Shown here in pieces: positions 54,951-64,000 of a DNA stretch of 64,000 bases (the first letter of the stretch is position 1; every line of letters begins with the position of its first letter). Both the position numbers and the translations under genes were made by a program. Location: NCBI RefSeq assembly GCF_009914755.1, contig NC_060942.1; one strand, 5' to 3'. Source of the DNA: the human T2T-CHM13v2.0 reference genome, Homo sapiens. The notes beneath the pieces are model-generated. The model searched no databases and was not told the DNA's origin. It saw nothing but the letters and a program-made list of their open reading frames with translations.

Positions 54951-56226
54951 CTCCTCTCAGGCTCATTGAAAAAGCACAGCAGTATGGACCCCTTGTTCAA
55001 AAAGAAACACCTTTTATTTCTCTCTAAGGTGATACTTCCCCTTTCTGGCCTTCGCCATGTACACCAGCCTCTCATTCCCCCAAAGTTATGCAGTCTGCGC
55101 TCACATCCTTGCTGAGACCTTCAGTGAAACCCACTATCAGTTAGGATGCAACTCACTGCACGGAACAGAAACTCATCTCACGCTGCCTTACACAATCAAT
55201 GGTGCTTATCAGCTAACGTGACTGGAGGCCCAGGGATAGGAAAAGCTTCTGGATTATATTAATTCAGCAGCTCAATGATTTCATTAAGGGCCAGTTTCTT
55301 TCCTTCTCTCCACTCTGCCTGGAAGTGGATGATTGACAAGGATTCTTGAGATTACTGGCTTCCCTTTCTCCAGTCAAGGAGTGAGAGAACCACTGAGGGA
55401 AAGGGAAGGAGGTGAGGAGAGAAGGACGGAAGGGGGCAAAAGACAGAGGCAACGGGTGGGAGGGAGCAACAATTCCCTAAATGTGATCTCACTGATCCAA
55501 AGGGGTTCCACTGCAGTCAGAGGAACAGGACTTTGATGCTTCATCCCTAGAACCAGAGGTGGACTTAACCCCTCCTAAAGCTATGGATGGCACAGGAGCA
55601 GCAGGGAGCAGATACCCAAACACTAATTTAAAAAATGAATCTCAGGGGAGGCCACCATAGTGTCCCCTATGCAACTGATTTCACACAAAATGTTATTCAC
55701 AGACTGCTTATGGCCTTTACAGTCAGCTTCATCCTTATCATCCTCTCCCAAATCCATAACTGCTTAATTCTCCTGCATAGGTCTAGATGACTCGCACCCT
55801 ATCAGCCAATTCTAATTCTCCCTCTGGCACTCAACTCAAGCATCCTCAAGACTTAGTCTCACCAAATAGTTCAGATTTGGGGGGAGTATTCTCCAATTAA
55901 AATCTTCCTCCCATGTCAAACCAATCTCACACACATTCTCCTTATCTATATCTCTTCCTTATCCATTCAAACTGCCCTTCTTGAAATCAGCAATACCTGT
56001 CTGATCTGGTTCCTCACTTACTTTGACTTTTCAGGCAAAACCTATGGAGATAGCATGGTATGTCACAAAAAGAACACGAGAGGAAATCCCACAGGCCATT
56101 TGCTAATGATATGCTTTCAGTAAATCACTTTAAAACTGTTTACATCTGAATTTCCATATCTGTAACACAGGATTACCACTTTTGCAGGGCTAAAAACTAA
56201 AGAAAATTTATAATAAGAACTTGGCC

Positions 56227-56565
<339 letters not shown>

Positions 56566-56801
56566 CTATTGTCATTATAGAGCCATGAATTCTCTTGTTT
56601 GCGTGCAGTTTTTGTTGCTTTCTAGTGCTTTCATATGCTAGCTCTTAACAACAAGTATTCTGGGGCAAACAAGAAGATTTATATTTTTATATCTGTATTT
56701 GTGCCTAATCAACTGCTGGCCACTGTAAACTGCAAAACCGTGATGCTGCTTCATGATGGCTACATTTGTCTTCTATCACCATGCATAGGAATGTATTTCT
56801 G

Positions 56802-57080
56802 GGCCAGGCACAGTGGTTCACGTCTGTAATCCCAACACTCTGGGAGGCCGAAGCAGGAGGATGGCTGGGGCCCAGCAGTTTGAGACCAGCCTGGGCAACA
56901 TAGCAAGACCTCATCTCTAAAACAAAAATTTAAAAATTAGCGAGGCATGGTGAGTCACGCCTATAGTCCCAGCTACTCAGGCGGCTAAAGTAAAAGAATT
57001 CCTTCAGCTTGAGGCTGCCATGAACAATAATGGTGTTACTACAGTTCTGACTAAATTTACAAAAAAAAAAAAAAAAAAAA
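56802..57080 (+). mobile_element. AluJ-type element with degraded right arm
   Basis: GGCCAGGCACAGTGGTTCACGTCTGTAATCCC...CCTGGGCAACATAGCAAGACC; pure A run at 57061-57080. Confidence 0.92.
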
Positions 57081-57081
57081 G

Positions 57082-57192
57082 ACTTGGGAGGCTGAGGCGG
57101 AAGAATCACTTGAACCCAGGAGGCAGAGGTTTCAGTGAGCCAAGACTGTGCCACTGCACTCCAGCAGTGACAGATCAGAAAAAAGAAAAAAA
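57082..57192 (+). mobile_element. 5'-truncated Alu right-arm fragment
   Basis: ACTTGGGAGGCTGAGGCGGAAGAATCACTTGAACCCAGGAGG...CCACTGCACTCCAGC plus an A-rich tail. Confidence 0.9.
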
Positions 57193-57351
57193 GAATTTAT
57201 ATTTCTTAAATAGAAGACATTCGTGGCTTAAAGTATGCTGGGAAGATGGCTGATGATACCAACTACCTGTCCCCTTCCCCCAGCCTTTCCCCCACAAAAA
57301 AGAACTAAAAATTGCTCAGAACCCGTCAGGGTTAAAAAAAAATGTTGAGCA

Positions 57352-57708
<357 letters not shown>

Positions 57709-59739
57709 TCAGAGAAACCAAGCAAAGTTGTGTGATCATTCTTGAAAAGAGGATGGGAAAATTGATGTGTACCCTGACTAGCAACATGGACTTTAAAAAC
57801 CCAGATAAGCAAGTGAGTACTGGCATGTAGGGGATGGGAAAGCGGAAGGTGCCCAAAAGGCTCGATCAGAAGCAGCCGTTCTGAGAAGCACTGACATCAT
57901 GGGCTGGAGGGAAAGGGCCCTCCACAGTGGACAGAAGTGCGAACACAATAATCCAGACTGCGTACAGATACGTATTCATCTCATGATTCTAAGTGAATTA
58001 CTTCAGCTCCGTGGACTCAGCATTATGTGAAAATAGAAATGCCCCCTGTTCTACCTGACTCATAGGGTGTGGGACAGCTAAATAGAATTTATGAAATTGC
58101 TCAAGAAGTAAAAAATGCTATGCAAATGTAATACATTTATAAATAACCAATCTAAATGGCAAAGGTAAAGTGTCTCTTACAAATATCAATGTATCATTGC
58201 TGAAATGTCCACATGTGACCAGACAGATGATCTACCAATAGGCAGCCAAATGAAGAATGGATCTTTTCTTCATTTCCTATTTTTTAATTATTGCTTAGGA
58301 AATAATAAATTATAATTGTTGTTTGAGATGGGTTAAACCCTTAGGACATTTAAATATAAAACTACTAAAACTTGGACAATGGGGTACCAATATGATTGAG
58401 AATTCACACTCTCTACTAATCTGTTAATCATTAGTGGAGTGAAAATACCATACCTTAGGTTTATCAGTTTGAGTAGTTAGTGTGAGATTATCCCATAAGG
58501 GACAATTTTCCTACAATATAAATGCAAAGAGATGCTTTAATAAATTTGTCTTCTGCATCAATAGAATATAGATGACAAGTCAACAAAGATGCCATACCAG
58601 ATCTCAGTGACTGAACTGAAGGAATAATTGCATATATGCATAAGGTGAAAATCTGAAAGATTTAATCTCACAAAGAAATTAGGAGGACAAATATTCATCT
58701 GTGTTGAGATTTTTCTCTGGTCATTTCATTAAGGTGGTCCATTATTTTTTAAGCCTTGAAAACCATGCAGAAATTCTACAAAGAGACATTTAAATTTAAA
58801 TGATTGCCACAAATTATGCATATTTTTCCACTACCACAACTAGTAATTGTTAGCTGGGCACTGGCATTTTCCAAGGAAATACATAGTTACTTCCTTACAC
58901 AAAACATAAAACAAGTATCTGTTGAATGAATGTACAGAATATAAAGACTTCCCAGAACCTGAGAATTTCCTTATCAACATTTTCTCAAATGCACAATACA
59001 TGCCAAATCTGAGAATACTTAATTTAAAGTTAACTTCTGAAATGAAAGACAAAGTAATAATGAACTGGCCCTGACTTATAGGGTTTCAAAATATAACCCA
59101 ACAAGTTGCTAACTAAAGTCAAGAACATCAGGAAGGCCAGCTGATGTCAGAAGAAAATCAAAGGCAGTATTATCAGGTGTTTCCTCTTTGCCAAAAATGT
59201 CTGTGGTCAGATGATAACATCAGCAGTTTAATGAAGGAAGGAAGGAGGAGCTTTCAGGTCTAGGAATGAACTGAGAAGTAGTTTATGGGCCACATTCTTT
59301 GCTGTAATCTTTTTTTTTTTTTTTTACCATCAAGTAAAGTGAAGAATCTTCGTCGCAATTTGTCATTAAACTCGTTTATCAGAGTTTACTCATCTCCTTA
59401 TTTGAGCATCTGGTGAAATAAATATTCAAATATTTAAAAACAAACAAAAATGTACTAATAATGTATACAGACATGTTCTGATCAATTGTTAACATGAATA
59501 AAGGTTTCTTCAGTATCTGTTTTAGATGATGGTAATGTCTACCCAAAGACATAAAGTAGACTTCTATATAAAAGACAAGAAAGAAGACTTAATTTATAAC
59601 CTCCAAAGTACAACACCTCCAAAAATCCATCTAGACTAATATGGTTGACTATCCAAACAGAGTGAACATAACTGAAGATAATCTGTATTTCTGTTGTGGA
59701 AATACACGCTAAGACCAAATATCTAAGTATAGTAGAAAA

Positions 59740-59890
59740 TAATCAACCAGAATCACTCGGAATTCACTTGAGAAAATACATTTCTTAGGACCCAGATCTC
59801 AAACTCTGGATTGGGGCTCAGGAATCTGCATTTTAACAAGCTTCCCCCGAATAACTCTTAAGAACTCTAAAATTTGAAAACCAATGCTAT
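59740..59890. mobile_element. MER5-type (hAT-Charlie) fragment
   Basis: CAGAATCAC...GGGGCTCAGGAATCTGCATTTTAACAAGCTTCCCC...TTTGAAAACCAATG. Confidence 0.8.
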
Positions 59891-60496
59891 TGGGTTAGAA
59901 GAGTTAAAACATGAGGACTTTGAGTTATTTCCTACACTTTTTAATACAGAACACTAGAAAAAAAAGTTGAACTGGAAAAATAAAGGCATATAAACAGCAC
60001 AGAATAAGGTAGCAGTCAATTTAAAAGTTAGTACAATTAAAATCTGATGAGTCCATATGTTGAAGGGCTACTTCCTCACACTAATGAAAACCTTCAACTC
60101 AGGTGAAATAATGCATTGTTACAAAGAATGACTGGCTCTCAGGGAGGCGCAGCAGAGACTGGCCCTGGTGTAAAGACACACATCTTCAAAAGTGGCAGGG
60201 GCTCTTAGTTTTATTCTTCATACAACACAGAGTATAAATATTAGCATCAAAGATGATTCCATTTGGAAAGAAGTCTAAAGGATACATATTTTTTAATGAC
60301 AGGAAAGCATCCATAAAAAGACCTTAATCCACATTGAAGAGGGAAAAATAATAGATCAAGCTGTTGGTGACTTTCTCCTTATAAGTGAGCAAATCCCAAC
60401 CAGAGTGATCTATAAAAGATTTAACAATGAACAATTAAAAAAGCAAACTTTAGACTCTTGCAGAGACACAGTTCAAAACATGAAGGTATTAAAGGC

Positions 60497-60534
60497 AAAA
60501 AAACAAAAACAAAAACAAAAACAAAAACAAAAAA
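60497..60534. repeat. (AAAAAC)n repeat
   Basis: Seen directly. Confidence 0.9.
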
Positions 60535-60947
60535 CTGTGCTCAAATGTCCGAACACCATAAGGGATCTTTGTTCTATGTTCTATAAGTTTAGGAGACAAC
60601 CCTTTATTGATATAAAAGTCCTCAAGATGAAATGGACACTCCTTAACAACTATAGATGTTCTTTAATAAAATAAATACATTCTTAGAAATATATAATTTT
60701 TATTTTTTTGTTAAAAAGAATAAGATGCTTTTTTCAGGAGAGATCTAAAGCAGTCATAACTGGAATGATCTAAATCCCGTTACTTTCATATATCTGCAGT
60801 AGGCCTTTTCTCCATTGCCTGGCATTAAGAATTCTATTTTAAGAAAATCACAGGCCAAGAATTAAAATATAGTCTTAACATGTGTCTTAAAGTTGCTGTA
60901 GGCTGAAATTCATGGACTAATTTTTGTTCATTTAATTATTTAAAGAA

Positions 60948-60981
60948 TGTGTGTGTGTCTGGATGTGTGTGTGTGTGTGTG
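60948..60981. repeat. Interrupted (TG)n microsatellite
   Basis: Seen directly. Confidence 0.88.
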
Positions 60982-61179
60982 AAGGTTTTACTCCATCAAT
61001 TTGACAGCTTATGTCATCTAAAACTTGTCGATTTTATTGTATACCCCTTTCTTCAAATGAGGATTTAAAATAAGTACTGGCATTAATTCCTAGGGCCATT
61101 ACGTGATTGGGTTGTCAGTGGGGTCTCCAGATAATGTTGAAGCTAGGACCTTAAAAAAAATCAACCAAAAGGTCTAACA

Positions 61180-61900
61180 TTTATGTTCAAAAATCAATTT
61201 TACAAGTGTAAGATGGTAAGCAGTTTGTCTGAAAAAAACACCCAGGAGTTTTAGTTAACCACAGACTTAACAGGAGCCAACAGAATGATGCAGCCATAAA
61301 TAATGCCAAATCCATTCTGGGCTGTACTAGAAGTCCCGCATCTACATCAAAGGCAAGAAGAATGCCTCAGTACCATGTATCAAGACCCACGAAGTATTGA
61401 GCTCAGTTGTGGAGGGAACCTCAGTTTCCCCTATTTGAAAGAGAAGAGTAAACAAGAATCCTCAAACATCACTGAAGAAATTGTTTGATGTTTAGCCTGC
61501 AGCAGAGGAGATTTAAGGAGCCAAGGTGATTATGTTCAGGTATTTGAAGAATCTCTGGAACATAAGTTCCTACAACAGGGATTTTGCTTGTCTGTTGACC
61601 ACTATTGCGCAGTTCCTTGAGAAAGGCCTGCCACATGATCACCGTTCAACATGACTTGTCAAATGAAGAAATAATAAAATGAATGCCCTCCGAGCAAAAA
61701 AGGATATGCTTGCTCTGTGTGACGCCAAAGTCACCAGTGGGTAAAAATTTTAGAAACGTTATGCTTCAGTTAAACTTGAATCACTTTTTAACGGTGAGAG
61801 CACTCCAAAGATGGGGAAGACTTGGTAAGAGAGTGATCTCCTCCTCATTTGGGGGAAGGGAGTGACAGTAGTATTCTTGCAGAAACTGGAAAACCATCTG
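61180..61900 (+). mobile_element. L3/CR1 LINE 3' fragment, apparently interrupted by an L2 piece at ~61560-61685
   Basis: GGAGTTTTAGTTAACCACAGACTTAACAGGAGCCAACAGAATGATGCAGCC...TTCTGGGCTGTACT; GATGTTTAGCCTGCAGCAGAGGAGATTTAAG; TTCAGGTATTTGAAG. These are CR1-like motifs. Confidence 0.75.
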
Positions 61901-62259
61901 TCAAGGATGCTACAGCAATGAAAATGCTGTTTACATCATTGAACACCACAAGGCTTTCATTTTTATCCTCTCTGCCATTTCTGTGAAGAAAACCTTCTGC
62001 TGACATAAAATCATCAAGACAAAATGAAGAGTTTTTAACCATTTTAGGAGTGACTCAACAAAATGTGTTAGAGTGGTTCTAAAAATGCAGGTACATAAAA
62101 ACATCTGCAGGATGTGTTAAAAAACGCAGATTTTTAAAACCTCCTTGATCTTATTTCTCTAGCCTAGTCGCTGATATTGTCTTAGTAAGTGTCTCCCCTC
62201 TTCTGCACCATCACTTTTTCCCTCCCCACTGGATTCTTTGACCTCATTACACAAACATA

Positions 62260-63035
62260 TTGTAACTCCCATCTTCAAAAACAAATGGCCTCAGTTGACC
62301 CCACTTCTCTTACCAACTACCACCCAATTTCTTCTTTTTCTTTTAATGAAGAACTCAATCTGTATCCAAACTGAGTTTCCAGACTCCACCTGACTGTTGA
62401 ACACACTCAAATCAAGCTTCTGATCCTTGTCCTGAAGAGTTTTTATCTAAAACACCAGTTGCCTCCATGTTGCTAAATCCAATGGTGACTTCTCAGTCCT
62501 CATCTGAGTGGACTCTTCCATAGCATTTGGCACAGATGATCACTCCTTTCCTTTGAAACACTCCCTCACTTACCTTCTAAGACATCACAGCCTACTGATT
62601 CCTCTCCTACCTCACTGATCACTCTTACTCAGTCTCCATTTCTCCCCTTAACTCTAACTTCCTAACACTACAGTTCTCAAAGGCTTGATATTTAAACTGT
62701 TTTTTCTTTCTTAGGCTTCTCGTCCTCACATTCAGCTCCACAGTGATTTTATTACCCTGTGTCAAGGTTTTACTTACTGTTTGTATACTGAGTACTCCCA
62801 ACTCTGTAGCCAAGCCCTTTCCACAGAACCCCAGACTCATATCCAAATGTCTTCCTGACATCTCTGATCTTCATCTCAACAGATTCAAACCAAGCTCCCG
62901 ATCTTCTCTATCACAGTCAGTCACATCCTTCACAGTGCTCAAACACCACATGTAGTCATCCCTGAACCCTTCCTCTCTCCCACATACACATTCAGTCCAT
63001 CATATCCTGTCAACTCTATCTTCAAACATATTCAG
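62260..63035 (+). mobile_element. L2 (L2a-like) fragment
   Basis: CCTCCATGTTGCTAAATCCAATGGT...TTCTCAGTCCTCATCT...AGCATTTGGCACAGATGATCACTCC...CCAGACTCATATCCAAATGTCTTCCTGACATCTC. Confidence 0.88.
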
Positions 63036-64000
63036 AGAATGAAATTAGGCCTCTTCCTAACACTATACACAACAATTTTAAAAATAGATCAATTACCTAA
63101 ATATGAGTGTTTTAAAACCATACAACTCTTAGAAAAAAATATAGGGGTAAATCTTCATGACCTTGGATTTTGCAATGGATTTTTAGATACAATATCAAAA
63201 GCAAGAGTAACCAGACAAAAAACAGGTAGGTTGAACTTCATTAAAATTAAAAACATTTGTGCATCAAAGGAAATTACCAAGAAAGTGAAGAGACAAGTAC
63301 TATGGTCTGAATGGTTGTATCCCCCTAAATTTCACATGTTGAAATCCTCATCAACAATGTGATAGTATTAGGAGGTGGAATTTGTGGGAGGTGATTAGGT
63401 CATGATGGCTCTGTGCTTATGAATGAGATTAGTGCCCTTACAGAAGAGGACCCAGAGACATTCCTTGCCTCTTCTACCATGTGAGGTTACAATGTGAACA
63501 TGGCCATCTATAAGGAAGCAGGCCCTCACCAGACACTGAATCTGCAAGCACTTTGATCTTGGATTCCTCAGCCTGTAGAACTGTGAGAAGTAAGTTTCTA
63601 TTGTTTATAAGCTACCCAATTTATGGATTTTGTTATAGTAGTTCAAAAAGACTAAAACAATCACCTGTGAAATGGGAGAAAATATTTGTAAATCATATAT
63701 CTGACAACGATCTAGTATCCAGAATATACAAAGAAGTCTTACGACTCAAAAACACAAAGGTAAACAACTCAATTTAAAAAGCTAACAAACAATTTGAATA
63801 GACATTTCTCCAAACAAGATATATATATATATATACCTATATATATATATAGGTATGAAATATCGTTAGTCATTAATGCAAATCAAACCACAATGAGGTA
63901 CCATTTCACACCTACTAGGATACAATCAAAATAAATGTAAAATAAGATAACAAGTGTTGATGAGTATGTGGAGAAATTGGAATCCTTGTACACTGCTAGT
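63036..64000 (+). mobile_element. L1 (L1M-type) ORF2 fragment, split by a MaLR LTR and running off the window
   Basis: ORF 63039-63362 (KTIQLLEKNIGVNLHDLGFCNGFLD...NFIKIKNICASK) and [21 protein letters not shown] are recognisable degenerate L1 ORF2 C-terminal peptides. Confidence 0.93.
63298..63659 (+). mobile_element. MaLR solo LTR (MLT1A/MST-like) nested in L1
   Basis: TACTATGGTCTGAATG...GGGAGGTGATTAGGTCATGA...GCCCTCACCAGACAC...CAGCCTGTAGAACTGTGAGAA...TTTTGTTATAGTAG...GACTAAAACA. Confidence 0.92.

Noticed and set aside
58454-58510. 57-nt open AG...GT interval on - (ENCPLWDNLTLTTQTDKPK)
   Set aside because: Weak pyrimidine tract and no recognisable protein.
63039-63777. ORFs with recognisable protein similarity
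   Set aside because: They are degenerate L1 ORF2 remnants interrupted by an LTR and stop codons, not a functional CDS.
63834-63857. Palindrome ATACC(TA)nGGTAT
   Set aside because: A short (TA)n expansion inside an L1, common and too small to interpret.

Overview
This is primate (very probably human) AT-rich non-coding genomic DNA, not a prokaryotic region. It carries the usual primate and mammalian interspersed repeats: about 14 Alu/FLAM pieces, L1PA/L1MA/L1ME fragments, L2, L3/CR1, MIR, MaLR/ERVL solo LTRs, and Tigger/Charlie MER elements, plus microsatellites. I cannot support any protein-coding gene, tRNA, rRNA, snRNA or CRISPR array. The listed ORFs look like chance or repeat-derived frames. 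The A-rich + strand and the orientation of most L1s suggest, by inference only, a long intron of a gene transcribed from the - strand; I cannot name that gene. Repeat family names come from my recollection of consensus sequences and need RepeatMasker/Dfam confirmation. The most unusual structures are: (1) a ~320-bp non-Alu fold-back inverted duplication around a (TATC)n tract at 27487-27806; (2) a palindromic-unit 35-bp AT minisatellite at the tail position of an L1PA, about 1.2 kb upstream of it; (3) all Alus pointing the same way; (4) a few CpG-retaining, exon-like or enhancer-like unique segments near 33.9-34.2 kb, 35.6-36.0 kb and 50.2-50.4 kb. I found no convincing evidence of a new multi-component biological system.
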